The notes below the pieces were generated by a model that was not told the origin of the DNA, did no database searches, and saw only the letters and a list, made by a program, of their open reading frames with translations. Shown one piece after another: positions 18,957 through 29,448 of a stretch of DNA of 64,000 nt (position 1 is its first letter; each line of letters opens with the position of its first letter). A program made the translations under genes and the position numbers. The DNA is from Clostridia bacterium (GTDB lineage: Bacteria > Bacillota > Clostridia > Saccharofermentanales > UBA5734): NCBI GenBank assembly GCA_040772685.1, contig JAXGXQ010000002.1:48798-112797 (forward strand), in the 5' to 3' direction.

Positions 18957-20094
18957 AGCGCTGCCTCCTTAGCTTGAAGGCGACTACGGCGCCAAAAACT
19001 ACGATCATTACCGACATAACAATAATATTGTTCCAAAAACGGGTGTCTGTTTCGTAATAATAAAGTGCGTAAAAAGAATCAGAGATCAGGTTTGCAGGGT
19101 TAAGCCAGCTGAGTATAGGGGCATTCTGGCTGACCGCGTATTTAACCTGGGCACTGTTTAAACCGGCCATAGCGGAACTGACCATCGAGAAGCCGATCAG
19201 AATACCAACTCTTGCGCCTTCTCTTACATTGAACAGAGAACTGATCAAGGCTCCGATAGATACTCCCAAGACACTCCCCAGGAAACAAACCAGCAGGATT
19301 CGCCACAGATCGTCACCAAATCCAATATTCAGCGCAAACCGCAAGTAAATCAACAAGAGGATGATCGAACTGAAATGAATCAGAAATTTAGCTACTGAGG
19401 ATGCCAGAATCATCAAGGGACGCGAAATCGGCGAAACCACAATCCGGGTTGCCTGCGCGGACTGGTTTGCCTGGACATTCATCACTTCTTTTAAACCCCA
19501 GAAGCCGCCATAAAGGCAGGTCATGGCTATCAGGGCGTAGTAATAAGTCATCATGGTATCCGGGTTGCCGCTGCCTAAAGGACGGTCGGCCAGCCAGTCG
19601 CGCTCGCTTGTCTGCTGCAGCGCGGCCATGTCAACAGTTGGATCAAGAGCGAGAACTCCCATCCAGGAGGCTGAAACCTGTTGATATTCATCGGCGAATG
19701 TCTTGATAATTGATTGAGACAACCCCGAATTTGTTGCGGTAACATCGAGAGCAGTCAGCGAATCTCCGGTCCGCCGGGGAGTGAGGATTCCGCGGATTTT
19801 ATCTTCTGCAAGCTCTGCCATAGCCTCCGCTTCAGTCATCAGGCGCAGGTCAAAGAGCGCTTTTTCACCACTGGAAACCTGTTCCATCACAGACTGCAGC
19901 TGGGTATCCTGCTGCCATACTACATTGTTCACAACCGCGACGGGGATTTTGTTGAAAACCTCGCTGTTGCTGAGATTGGCAAAAACAAGCCCGAACAGAG
20001 AGGCCAAGATCAGAGGGAAAGCTACAGTCCAGAAGACCAGGTCGCGGTCGCGCAGATCTGCCTTGAGGTTATAGCGGAAAATATGTCTGAACAT
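18943..20094 (-). CDS. ABC-2 type exporter permease (LnrM/YfiM-like)
   Basis: FWTVAFPLIL TM, IPVAVV loop start, multi-TM C terminus. Confidence 0.85.
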   Translation of the reverse strand: MFRHIFRYNLKADLRDRDLVFWTVAFPLILASLFGLVFANLSNSEVFNKIPVAVVNNVVWQQDTQLQSVMEQVSSGEKALFDLRLMTEAEAMAELAEDKIRGILTPRRTGDSLTALDVTATNSGLSQSIIKTFADEYQQVSASWMGVLALDPTVDMAALQQTSERDWLADRPLGSGNPDTMMTYYYALIAMTCLYGGFWGLKEVMNVQANQSAQATRIVVSPISRPLMILASSVAKFLIHFSSIILLLIYLRFALNIGFGDDLWRILLVCFLGSVLGVSIGALISSLFNVREGARVGILIGFSMVSSAMAGLNSAQVKYAVSQNAPILSWLNPANLISDSFYALYYYETDTRFWNNIIVMSVMIVVFGAVVAFKLRRQRYASI

Positions 20095-20107
20095 TTTTGT
20101 CGCCTCC

Positions 20108-21049
20108 TCAGTCGCGCAGTTGTTTGCCGGTTATCTCAAGAAATACATCGTTGAGGGTCGGCAGTTCACACAGTACCCGGCCGTAGACAAGGCCGCGTGA
20201 CTGCAGAAACTCAATTACGTTGGTCAGATTATGCTGCCGCCGTTCCGATTGAATTACCAGGTGAGAGTTTTGCATTTCAGCTGAGACAACGTGCGGCAGC
20301 AAAGCAGCCTGTTCTACCAAATCAGTCAGATCAACCGGCGCTTCGGGCAACTCTACCGTAATTGTTTCACCGGTGCGGATCATGTCTTTTAATTCTTCCG
20401 AAGTGCCTTCAGCAATTACTTTACCCTTGTCCATGATGGCGATACGGGTGCAGATCTGCTCCACTTCTTCCATATAATGCGAAGTATAAATAATGGTCGC
20501 ACCCTGCCGGTTAAGCTCAAGGATGCCTTCGAGAATCTTGTTACGGCTTTGCGGGTCAACGGCAACTGTTGGCTCGTCCAGGAATATCAGCTTCGGCTTA
20601 TGGGCGATGCCGCAGGCAATATTTAGCCGCCGCAGCAACCCGCCGCTGAGCTTTTTAGGAACAAACTTTGTGAAGTCTTCCAGGCCGACGAAGCTGATTG
20701 CTTCATCCACCAGTTCTTTACGGCGTTTACTATCATGAATGTACAAACCGCAAAAATAATCGATATTCTCATAAACAGTCAGTTCATCAAAAACCGCGAC
20801 GTTTTGCATTACCAGACCAATATCGCGTTTAGCAGCATAGGAATCGGGCGTCATTGGTTTGCCAAACACCTCAACTGCACCTTTGCTGTATTTCAATAAT
20901 GCCAGCATGCAGTTGATCGCTGTTGTTTTGCCGGAGCCATTGGGACCAAGCAGACCGAAAATTTCACCTTCTTTTACCTGCAGGTTGAAATGATCGAGCG
21001 CTATCAGGTCGCCATAACGTTTAACCAGATTATTAATTTCTACGAGCAT
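20108..21049 (-). CDS. ABC exporter ATP-binding protein (LnrL/YfiL-like)
   Basis: GPNGSGKT, LSGG, LDEPTVAVDPQSR. Confidence 0.93.
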   Translation of the reverse strand: MLVEINNLVKRYGDLIALDHFNLQVKEGEIFGLLGPNGSGKTTAINCMLALLKYSKGAVEVFGKPMTPDSYAAKRDIGLVMQNVAVFDELTVYENIDYFCGLYIHDSKRRKELVDEAISFVGLEDFTKFVPKKLSGGLLRRLNIACGIAHKPKLIFLDEPTVAVDPQSRNKILEGILELNRQGATIIYTSHYMEEVEQICTRIAIMDKGKVIAEGTSEELKDMIRTGETITVELPEAPVDLTDLVEQAALLPHVVSAEMQNSHLVIQSERRQHNLTNVIEFLQSRGLVYGRVLCELPTLNDVFLEITGKQLRD

Positions 21050-21130
21050 GTTTATCCCTCCTCATTTTGTCCAGTTTCAGTATGCCCGGCTTTTCGGGCG
21101 GGCGGTAGTGAAAATGCTCCTGACTTGGGA

Positions 21131-21142
21131 TGACAGATGTCA
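21131..21142. promoter_or_regulatory. Palindromic response-regulator site in the divergent promoter region
   Basis: TGACA-GA-TGTCA between the ABC ATPase and the sensor kinase. Confidence 0.55.
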
Positions 21143-21197
21143 CTGCTTTTTCAACCCCGCCGTGTTAGGATATGAGTGTAAAAGGAGCTGCAGGTAT

Positions 21198-22325
21198 ATG
21201 AGCTGGTTATCTGAAAAGTTGGCCGACAAGCTGGTCTTTTTTTCCATTTCTTTCATTTTGTTTATCCAGGTAAATACCTCAGCTATTGCTATCGGCCAGG
21301 TACTGATTGCTTTGCTTATCAGCGCTCTGGCTTCCTATTCGGATAAGCCCGCGCTTAAGGCTGCCTGCGCGCTGTTGTTTATTGGCTTATGCATAACGTT
21401 TCCACAATTGAGTTACTTTTTACCCTTGATCGCGCTTGATTTGCTTGCTACCCCCTGGCCGTTTCTGACAGCCCTTGGCGCCATACCATTAATTACACAT
21501 GCGAACGTGCTCAACCAAACAACAGTATTTGGCCTGGCACTGCTGATTTTGCTGGCTGGACATGTCTACCGCCGATCCGAGTCACTGGCTGTGCTGCGGG
21601 CGCAAACATACAAACTGCGTGATGCTGCACAAGAATCGAAACTCCGGGAAGACAGACAGCATGAGGTGCTTCAGGAAAAGCAGGATTACGAAATCCATCT
21701 GGCGACTTTACGTGAGCGTAACCGGATTGCGCGTGAAATTCATGATCAGGTTGGGCATCAGCTGACCAGCGCCATTTTGCAGGTGGGAGCGATGATGACT
21801 GTCCAGCAGGATCCTGCTCTGCTGCCGGAGTTGAATCAGCTCAAGACAACACTCAGCATCAGCATGGAACAGATCCGGAACAGCGTGCACGACCTGCATG
21901 ACCAGTCGATTGACCTTAAAGCTGAGATCAACCGGATTGCTGACGATTTTGACTATTGCCCGCTGCGGGTTGAGTATGACCTGACTGGGTTACCGCCACC
22001 TCCCGTGCGCTACGCTTTTCTTGCTATAATTAAAGAAGGCTTGGCGAACATAATGCGTCATTCTCAAGCCGGTAAAGCTTATTTGACTTTGCGCGAGCAT
22101 CCCGGCTTCTACCAGCTGATTTTGCGCGACAACGGCAGAGGTTGTCCTGATTTGCTTAAAGGCGGCACCACTTTGCCGCAAAGTGCCGGTACCGGTATGG
22201 GGCTGCGGAATATTGTGGAAAGAGTCGCAAGCCTTGGCGGTCAGACTCATTTCAAACAAAATGAAGGGTTTACAATATTTGTGACTATTCCCCGCGCAGC
22301 ATATCAGGAGGCCAAAAAGCAATGA
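21198..22325 (+). CDS. Membrane sensor histidine kinase (HisKA_3, DesK/LnrJ-like)
   Basis: ERNRIAREIHDQVGH, EGLANIMRHS, DNGRG, GMGL; SD aaggag before ATG 21198. Confidence 0.92.
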   Translation: MSWLSEKLADKLVFFSISFILFIQVNTSAIAIGQVLIALLISALASYSDKPALKAACALLFIGLCITFPQLSYFLPLIALDLLATPWPFLTALGAIPLITHANVLNQTTVFGLALLILLAGHVYRRSESLAVLRAQTYKLRDAAQESKLREDRQHEVLQEKQDYEIHLATLRERNRIAREIHDQVGHQLTSAILQVGAMMTVQQDPALLPELNQLKTTLSISMEQIRNSVHDLHDQSIDLKAEINRIADDFDYCPLRVEYDLTGLPPPPVRYAFLAIIKEGLANIMRHSQAGKAYLTLREHPGFYQLILRDNGRGCPDLLKGGTTLPQSAGTGMGLRNIVERVASLGGQTHFKQNEGFTIFVTIPRAAYQEAKKQ

Positions 22326-22975
22326 CATCGCCACAGCGTTTACGTATTGTCCTGGTGGATGATGATCGTTTGATCACAACTTCACTCAAAATCATCATTG
22401 AAGCTGATCCGGAGCTGCAGGTGATCGCAACTGCCAATGATGGCGCTTCTGCTCTGGTGCTTTATCAACTGCATCAGCCGGACCTCATCCTGCTTGATAT
22501 CAGAATGCCCGGCCTGAGCGGCCTGGAAGCCGGCAAACAAATTCTGGCGGCTGATCCGGAGGCGCGAATTCTATATCTGACAACGTTCGCGGACGATGAA
22601 TACATCGCAGAAGCCCTGAGGATAGGCGCTCGTGGTTATATTCTCAAGCAACAGTTTGAAAGCCTGGTGCCTGCGATTAAGGCGATTCAGGCAGGTCAAA
22701 GCGTTTTTGGCGAGGAAATCAGCTCACGTATTCCGTCATTGCTTAGCACCGACTTGACAACAGACTTAACTGAATTTGACATTAAGCCTAAAGAGATGGA
22801 TATTATCTCTTTAGTGGCAGATGGCCTCAATAATAGAGAAATAGCTGCCAAGCTTCATCTCGGCGAAGGCACTGTCCGCAATAGCATCAGTCAAATTTTG
22901 GAAAAGCTGGAGTTGCGCGACCGCACCCAGCTGGCCATTTTTTACCATAAACACTCTGGGCGGAGGAACCCTTGA
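22322..22975 (+). CDS. NarL/LuxR family response regulator
   Basis: VDDD, LLDIRMP, GLNNREIA..L.EGTVRN..RDRTQLA. Confidence 0.94.
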   Translation: MTSPQRLRIVLVDDDRLITTSLKIIIEADPELQVIATANDGASALVLYQLHQPDLILLDIRMPGLSGLEAGKQILAADPEARILYLTTFADDEYIAEALRIGARGYILKQQFESLVPAIKAIQAGQSVFGEEISSRIPSLLSTDLTTDLTEFDIKPKEMDIISLVADGLNNREIAAKLHLGEGTVRNSISQILEKLELRDRTQLAIFYHKHSGRRNP

Positions 22976-23673
22976 CTTATATAGAATTAAATAATGTCCA
23001 AAAAAATTACCGTATGGGCGAAGTGACTATAGTCGCGGCCGACGGTGTCAGTTTTACCATCAACAAAGGCGAGTTCGCTTTAGTTGTGGGCGCTTCCGGC
23101 GCCGGCAAGACAACTGTGCTCAACCTGCTTGGCGGTATGGACTCCTTAAGCGGCGGTACGATTCAGGTAGATAACGCTGACATCAGCTCATATAACCGCC
23201 GTCAGCTGACTGAATATCGCCGCACCGACATCGGTTTTGTTTTTCAGTTTTATAATCTTGTGCAAAATCTGACTGCACGTGAAAATGTCGAACTTGCCAC
23301 GCAGATCAGCCCGGATCCGCTTGATGTGGATCTGGTTTTGGCTCAGGTGGGGCTGAGCGAACGCAAGGATAATTTCCCTTCGCAGCTTTCCGGCGGCGAG
23401 CAGCAGCGGGTGGCGATAGCGCGTGCTTTGGCCAAGAACCCCAAGTTGCTGCTGTGCGATGAGCCTACAGGCGCATTGGACTACAATACCGGGCGCTCAA
23501 TTCTTAAGCTGTTACAGGATACCTGCCACAATACCGGCATGACCGTTATTGTGATTACCCATAACCTGGCGTTGACCGCTATCGCTGACAAAGTCATTCG
23601 CATGCGCAATGGCAAAGTGATCGAGATCACCACTAATGCTCAACCGCTGCCGGTTGAAGAGCTCGAATGGTGA
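22972..23673 (+). CDS. ABC transporter ATP-binding protein (MacB/LolD-like)
   Basis: [26 protein letters not shown]; TTG start with SD ggagg. Confidence 0.93.
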   Translation: MTYIELNNVQKNYRMGEVTIVAADGVSFTINKGEFALVVGASGAGKTTVLNLLGGMDSLSGGTIQVDNADISSYNRRQLTEYRRTDIGFVFQFYNLVQNLTARENVELATQISPDPLDVDLVLAQVGLSERKDNFPSQLSGGEQQRVAIARALAKNPKLLLCDEPTGALDYNTGRSILKLLQDTCHNTGMTVIVITHNLALTAIADKVIRMRNGKVIEITTNAQPLPVEELEW

Positions 23674-23674
23674 T

Positions 23675-26600
23675 ATGAAAACCTCGCTTCTGAAAGACTT
23701 TATTCGTTCAATTTGGAAAAGCCGCGCCCGTTTTCTTTCGATTCTGGGGATGGTAGCCCTCGGCGTGGGCTTTTTTGCCGGTATCAACGCCAGCGAACCG
23801 GACATGTTGATTTCGGCGGAACATTATTACCAGGATCAGCGCCTGGCTGACTACCGCCTGCTTTCGCCTCTCGGTTTCCGGAAACAGGATATTGCAGCGC
23901 TTAAACAGAACCCCGGGGTGGCAGAAGTCAGCGAATCCCAGATTGTTGACCTGTTTTTGGCGACACCGGACGGCCTGGAGTTTACTGTCCGGCTCTATAG
24001 TAATGACAGTAATAAATCTCCAGCCGAAAAAGAGCTCAACCGCCTTACCTTGCTCGAAGGCCGACTACCGGAAAAACCCGGCGAAATTGCCATTGAAGAA
24101 GGATTTGGCCTTAAGAGCATCATTCCTTTGGGCACTGTTCTGACAGCATCTCTGCCGGAGGATCAAGAGCTAAGTGAATTGGTGCAAAGCAACGCTTTTA
24201 CCGTGGTTGGGCGGGTGCGCTCGCCATTGTATATAGATTTTCAGCGTGGCCAGACAAACATCGGCGGCGGCTCGATCAGCTGGTATGCAGTTGCAGTGAA
24301 GGACGAATTCGTGGCGGAGCGCTCGGGAAATCTGTATTTGCGGGTTGTGGGCTCAGACGAACTTGAATCTTATTCACCAGCTTATAGCGAACGGATCGAA
24401 GCCTTTACACCTGACCTGGAAGCCTTAGGAGAAAGCGCGGTAGCAGAGGAAGTCGCCGAGCTGCGCGCAGAAATCGAAACAGGTAAAACGGAGTTGCTGG
24501 AGCAGAAAGATAAAGCAGCCCGGGAACTGGCAGATGCCGAACAGAAGCTGGGAGATGCCGAGCTGGCAATTGCCGACGGCGAAGCTGAGTTAAAAGCTAA
24601 CGAGGAAAAATACACCCGTGAACTTGCCGACCAACGTGCCAAGCTGGAAAAGGGCCGGGCTGAACTGGCCGCCGGACGTGCCCAATATGAGAGCGGTCTG
24701 AAGGATTGGAACGATGGGTATATCGCCTGGAGTGAAGGTGATGCTCAGCTTCGGGCGGCGAAAACAGTTTTAGATGCCAGCGAAGCCGAACTTACCGCTG
24801 GAGAACGCGAACTGGAAGCTGGCAGAATAGCTATCGACGCGGGCAGGGCAAGGCTAAATGCCAGCGAGGCTGAACTGGCAGCGGTAAAAGCACAGCTGGA
24901 CGCCTCTGCACTGGAGCTTGCTGCCCTTGAAACTCAATTAGCTGCGGCTGAGGCGGAGCTTAAAGACACCGCTGATCTGCAAGCGGCACTAAACGCTGGC
25001 AGGGCTGCCTATGAGCAGGGGCTGGCCGCATATGAAGACGGCAAACTCCAGTATGAAAATGGAGTAGATGAGTTTAACCAAAGCCTTGTTACTTACGAAG
25101 CAGCCAGGCGCAAGGTTGCAGCCGGGTGGCAGCAATATAATCAAGGTCTGGCCGAATACGAGAGAAGTAAAGCTGAGCTGGACGCAGGCAAAGCTGTGTT
25201 GGATCAAAGCAAAGCCGAGCTGGACCAGGCGCAGGCAGTGATCAAAGAAAATGAAAAACTGCTGGTTGATGGCGCCGCAGCTTTGACACGCGGAGAACGT
25301 GAACTCGAACGAGAATTGGCTGACGGGCGGTTAAAGCTGGTGCAAGCCAGAGCAGAGCTAAACGACGGCCTGGCAGCATTCGGCTACGAGAAGGCGGAAG
25401 CGGAACGCCTGATAGCGCAGGCTGAAACTGATATCCATGACGCCGAGCGCGCCCTGATTGAAATTCCCAGTGGCTGGTTTGTTTTTACCCGTGAAAGCTT
25501 CCCCGGTTACAGCGGCTATGGCGCCGACGCTGAACGCATCGGCGCAGTAGCAACGGTCTTTCCTTTGTTTTTCTTTTTGGTGGCTGCTCTGGTGTGCCTG
25601 ACAACCATGACCAGAATGGTTGAGGAAGAGCGGGTTCAGATCGGCACGCTTAAAGCGCTGGGTTACAGCTCGTTTGCGATTTCGTTCAAGTTTTTGGCTT
25701 ATGCCCTTTTGGCCTGCGCTTTAGGTACCGCAGCAGGACTTGCTCTGGGTTTTTGGGTTTTTCCTACGGTAATTATGTCGGCCTACAGCTTGATGTATGA
25801 AATCCCTTATCAGCTGACACCGCCACATGCCGACCTCAGCCTGATTTCCAGCTTAATCGCGACTGTAACCATTATGTCAGCAGCTTTGCTGGCAACTTTG
25901 AGTGAGTTGCGGGCTACTCCCGCTGTCTTAATGCAGCCGAAAGCTCCCAAACCGGGCAAACGGATTTGGCTGGAACGCGTCCGCCCATTGTGGCGGCGGC
26001 TCTCCTTTTCCAATAAAGTGACTGCCCGCAATATTTTCCGTTACAAGCAGCGCTTTCTTATGACTATTATCGGTATCGCCGGTTGCACGGCGTTGTTATT
26101 AACCGGTTTTGGCCTTAAAGATTCAATCGGCGCTATCGGCACCAAGCAGTTTGAAGAATTATTTATCTATGATGCGGCTGTCTATTATGACGATGAGAAG
26201 GAATCAGCTTTAAAGCTGCCGGCACTTCTGGCCACTGAACCTGAGGTTGCAAGCCAGCTGCGGCTGCTCAATGAAACCGTCACTTTAAGGCCGTCAGGCT
26301 CAAGCCGAGAATTTGAAGCTTCACTGGTCGTGCCGGAAAACGCCGCAGAACTTCAACAGTATTATGTTTTACGCGAGCGTACCAGCGGCACGGAACTGCA
26401 ATTGCCCGCTGACGGTGCTGTTCTAACCGAGAAACTGGCAGATCTGTTAAACGTTGAAGTCGGCGATACAGTCCGCTGGACTGACAGCGACCAACTGACC
26501 TATGAAATGAGAATAGCGGGCATTACCGAGAACTATATGGCACATTACCTATACATGTCACCAGCTTATTATGATCAGATAACCTACCAGACACCACACT

Positions 26601-27145
26601 ACAACAGCATCACTTTCAACCTGGGAAACCCGCAGATCATTGATGAAGATGCTTTCTCAGAGAAAATATTGTCGAACGAAGCCGCGTTGGGGGTAATATT
26701 CACAGCCGGCATTTCTGACCAGTTTAATGATGTTTTAAGCAGTCTTAACACAGTGGTTCTGGTACTGATTATCTCAGCCGGAGCCTTGGCGTTTATTGTG
26801 CTTTACAACCTGACCAATATCAATATTACTGAGCGGGCACGCGAAATCGCCACACTCAAGGTGCTGGGATTCCGCGATAATGAGGTTTCGGCCTATGTAT
26901 ACCGTGAAAACATGGTACTGGCAGCTATCGGTACGCTGGGTGGCCTTGTGCTCGGCTATTTTCTGCACGGATTTGTGATGAACACCATGGAAATTGACAA
27001 CATGATGTTCGGAAAACAGATCCTGCCGCTCAGCTATGTCTGGTCGATTCTGCTGACCATGTTGTTCGCCTTGTTGGTGAATCTCTTTATGAATCACCGG
27101 TTGATCAGGATTGACATGGTGGAATCACTGAAATCAGGTGAATAG
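23675..27145 (+). CDS. FtsX-like ABC transporter permease with long extracellular coiled coil
   Basis: Two FtsX-type TM blocks (TMTRMVEEER..IGTLKALGY; ERAREIATLKVLGF) and a central heptad-rich region. Confidence 0.9.
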   Translation: MKTSLLKDFIRSIWKSRARFLSILGMVALGVGFFAGINASEPDMLISAEHYYQDQRLADYRLLSPLGFRKQDIAALKQNPGVAEVSESQIVDLFLATPDGLEFTVRLYSNDSNKSPAEKELNRLTLLEGRLPEKPGEIAIEEGFGLKSIIPLGTVLTASLPEDQELSELVQSNAFTVVGRVRSPLYIDFQRGQTNIGGGSISWYAVAVKDEFVAERSGNLYLRVVGSDELESYSPAYSERIEAFTPDLEALGESAVAEEVAELRAEIETGKTELLEQKDKAARELADAEQKLGDAELAIADGEAELKANEEKYTRELADQRAKLEKGRAELAAGRAQYESGLKDWNDGYIAWSEGDAQLRAAKTVLDASEAELTAGERELEAGRIAIDAGRARLNASEAELAAVKAQLDASALELAALETQLAAAEAELKDTADLQAALNAGRAAYEQGLAAYEDGKLQYENGVDEFNQSLVTYEAARRKVAAGWQQYNQGLAEYERSKAELDAGKAVLDQSKAELDQAQAVIKENEKLLVDGAAALTRGERELERELADGRLKLVQARAELNDGLAAFGYEKAEAERLIAQAETDIHDAERALIEIPSGWFVFTRESFPGYSGYGADAERIGAVATVFPLFFFLVAALVCLTTMTRMVEEERVQIGTLKALGYSSFAISFKFLAYALLACALGTAAGLALGFWVFPTVIMSAYSLMYEIPYQLTPPHADLSLISSLIATVTIMSAALLATLSELRATPAVLMQPKAPKPGKRIWLERVRPLWRRLSFSNKVTARNIFRYKQRFLMTIIGIAGCTALLLTGFGLKDSIGAIGTKQFEELFIYDAAVYYDDEKESALKLPALLATEPEVASQLRLLNETVTLRPSGSSREFEASLVVPENAAELQQYYVLRERTSGTELQLPADGAVLTEKLADLLNVEVGDTVRWTDSDQLTYEMRIAGITENYMAHYLYMSPAYYDQITYQTPHYNSITFNLGNPQIIDEDAFSEKILSNEAALGVIFTAGISDQFNDVLSSLNTVVLVLIISAGALAFIVLYNLTNINITERAREIATLKVLGFRDNEVSAYVYRENMVLAAIGTLGGLVLGYFLHGFVMNTMEIDNMMFGKQILPLSYVWSILLTMLFALLVNLFMNHRLIRIDMVESLKSGE

Positions 27146-27156
27146 GGCAGCTCATT

Positions 27157-28101
27157 TCAGGTGGGAAGCTTAGCCATTTCTTCGCGGGTGCGAATCAATT
27201 TGTATAGCATTTCATTGACAGGCGTGGGAATATTGTTTTCAGCGCCCAGCTGCATAACTGTACCGGACAGCATTTCAACTTCGGTCGGGCGGCCGTGCAG
27301 CAGGTCGTCAACCATTGAAGTATGGGTTTCCGGGTTCATACTCGCCAGTACCGTCCGCCAGTTGGTTATATCTGTTTCACCAAGTTCGATTCCTTTGGCC
27401 ACTGCAATCGCGTTAACCTCACGCATCGCGTCTTCAACCATATCCTCTGCAGCCGGAATCTGCTGAAATACACCGTAAGGTGCCAGCAGCACAGCTGAAA
27501 CCTGGTTAATGCCGACATTGATCATGAACTTATACCACAGGGCATGAAGCATATTTTCCGGAACTGTATAGGTGACGCCGGCTGCGTCAAACAGCTGCGC
27601 TATTTTGCTTACCCGGTCCGACCAGGTGCAATTCTCGGCTTCGCCAAACACGACGGTACCTGCCGAGGTAAACCTCACCCGGTTGCCGCTGCGGTTGCCG
27701 TCAATCCCGATTACCAGACCATAGAGAATTTTTTCGCTGCCGAATGCTTCACCCAGCTCTGCCTCGCTGGTTATCCCGTTCATCAATGACAGTATTACGG
27801 TGTGCTCTCCCACGTAGCAACGCATATCTTCAATGGCGGAGGCCAAATCGTATTGCTTAACAGCTACCAGGATCAAATCAACCGGTCCGGATGCAGTGGC
27901 CGCCAGCGGGATTACAGGTTCCAGAATTGGCAAATCATAACGCTGCTCATTTATCATCAGGCCTTGTTGGCGATAGCGATTAGCCCGCTCGCCGCCGGCC
28001 AGAATAAAAACTTTACCTGGGTTTTTGTCGTGTAGTCTATGAGCTACTGCGCTGCCAACCGCGCCTGCGCCCACCAGCAAAACAGAGTTTAGTTCGTTCA
28101 T
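27157..28101 (-). CDS. Ketopantoate reductase family protein (PanE/ApbA)
   Basis: GAGAVG, VK, NG, W.KF..N..IN, SM..D..GRPTEVE, PTPVN. Confidence 0.88.
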   Translation of the reverse strand: MNELNSVLLVGAGAVGSAVAHRLHDKNPGKVFILAGGERANRYRQQGLMINEQRYDLPILEPVIPLAATASGPVDLILVAVKQYDLASAIEDMRCYVGEHTVILSLMNGITSEAELGEAFGSEKILYGLVIGIDGNRSGNRVRFTSAGTVVFGEAENCTWSDRVSKIAQLFDAAGVTYTVPENMLHALWYKFMINVGINQVSAVLLAPYGVFQQIPAAEDMVEDAMREVNAIAVAKGIELGETDITNWRTVLASMNPETHTSMVDDLLHGRPTEVEMLSGTVMQLGAENNIPTPVNEMLYKLIRTREEMAKLPT

Positions 28102-28115
28102 AGATCCTCCTTGAA

Positions 28116-28144
28116 TTTTCCGAGTATTTTCCGAGTATTTTCCG
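28116..28144. repeat. 11-bp tandem repeat TTTTCCGAGTA, about 2.6 copies
   Basis: ttttccgagta ttttccgagta ttttccg, just upstream of the SD of the ketopantoate reductase gene. Confidence 0.8.
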
Positions 28145-28299
28145 GCGGGCTAAAACAGGTCCCGCTTGTTTAATTCCATTTGTTATATATTACCACGCGA
28201 AATGTTTATGATAAGATTAAAGGACGCTTTTCAGAAGCACAGCCTATTACGGGAGGAAAGCCTTACTGCCGCAACGGCAAGGCATTTGAGCAGAGCGCG

Positions 28300-29118
28300 A
28301 TGAAGCAAAACCAGAACAGACAGACTCAGGCAAACAGATATTCCGGTAACAAAAGCCAAAGCTTGCATCACAAGCTGCAGCGACCGGACTTTCAGCAAGG
28401 GCTGGCCGCCGGCTTACCAATTGCTCTGGGCTATTTTGCCGTTTCCTTTGCCTATGGTTTATTTACTGCAGAAGGCGGTATGACACCACTTACTGCCACA
28501 CTGATTTCCTTCACCAACATGACCTCGGCTGGCCAGTTTGCAGGGACACAACTGATTTTTGCCGGCGCGCCTTATCCGGAAATTTTCATCACCGTCCTAT
28601 TAATCAATCTCCGCTATATGCTGATGTCGCTTTCCTTAACTCAAAAGTTGCGGCCTGGTATCAGTCTGCCGGGGCGCCTGATTATCGGCTATGGGGTTAC
28701 CGATGAAATTTACGCAGTAGCCGCAACTCATACCGGTGAGCCGGGGCTTGTCTACATGCTGGGCTTGATCTCGCTGCCGGTTGCCGGCTGGACAGGCGGC
28801 ACTCTGTTTGGCTCCCTGGCCGGTTCAGTTTTGCCACTGGCTGTGCGCAGTGCGCTGGGGATTGCGCTTTATGCCATGTTTATTGCGATAATTATTCCAC
28901 CAGCCCGCTCTTCGCGCCCGGTACTGGCTGTTGTTATTCTGGCCGCCGTTCTGAGCACCGCAGCACAAACTGTGCCTCTGACCCGGGATATTCCGAGCGG
29001 CTGGCGTTTGATCGCCGTCACTTTGATCGCGGCTTTCGCCGGTGCGTTACTGGCACCGATAACACCGGAATCAGAAATGGGCACAACTGCTGAAGACAGT
29101 GGGAAGGGCAGACTATGA
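28300..29118 (+). CDS. azlC: AzlC family branched-chain amino acid exporter permease
   Basis: PIALGY, SAGQF, INLRYMLMS, TDEIYA; start uncertain. Confidence 0.85.
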   Translation: MKQNQNRQTQANRYSGNKSQSLHHKLQRPDFQQGLAAGLPIALGYFAVSFAYGLFTAEGGMTPLTATLISFTNMTSAGQFAGTQLIFAGAPYPEIFITVLLINLRYMLMSLSLTQKLRPGISLPGRLIIGYGVTDEIYAVAATHTGEPGLVYMLGLISLPVAGWTGGTLFGSLAGSVLPLAVRSALGIALYAMFIAIIIPPARSSRPVLAVVILAAVLSTAAQTVPLTRDIPSGWRLIAVTLIAAFAGALLAPITPESEMGTTAEDSGKGRL

Positions 29119-29435
29119 AAGAATCTTATCTGCTCGGCGCGTTTCTAACCATGTTGGCAGCCACCTGGCTGCCGCGCATGTTGCCGCTGCTTTTAGTCCG
29201 TAAGCGCATTGACAACGTGCTCTTTCGTTCATTCCTGTTTTATGTGCCTTATGCTGTTTTGGCTGCAATGACCATCCCGGCTATATTTTATTCAACCTCG
29301 CTGATCGAATCGGCCGCTGCCGGCCTGGCAGTTGCTCTGCTGCTTGGCTGGCGGGGAAAGTCATTGCTGGTTGTGGCACTGGGCGCATCACTGGCTGTAT
29401 TTATAGTGGAACAACTTGCCGGAGTAATTTTTTAA
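29115..29435 (+). CDS. azlD: AzlD domain membrane protein
   Basis: [21 protein letters not shown]; ATGA overlap with azlC. Confidence 0.85.
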   Translation: MKESYLLGAFLTMLAATWLPRMLPLLLVRKRIDNVLFRSFLFYVPYAVLAAMTIPAIFYSTSLIESAAAGLAVALLLGWRGKSLLVVALGASLAVFIVEQLAGVIF

Positions 29436-29448
29436 GGAGGCAAATTTT

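Noticed and set aside
21048-21197. ORF-track N-terminal extensions (HK 21048, SDR 10129, azlC 28180, dGTPase 62633, CotH 52335)
   Set aside because: Downstream starts fit SD position and/or family N termini better, and the extensions run through promoter regions or neighbouring genes.
24450-25460. Repetitive coiled coil in the FtsX permease as a tape-measure or SMC-like gene
   Set aside because: It is an in-frame extracellular segment typical of this Firmicute permease family.
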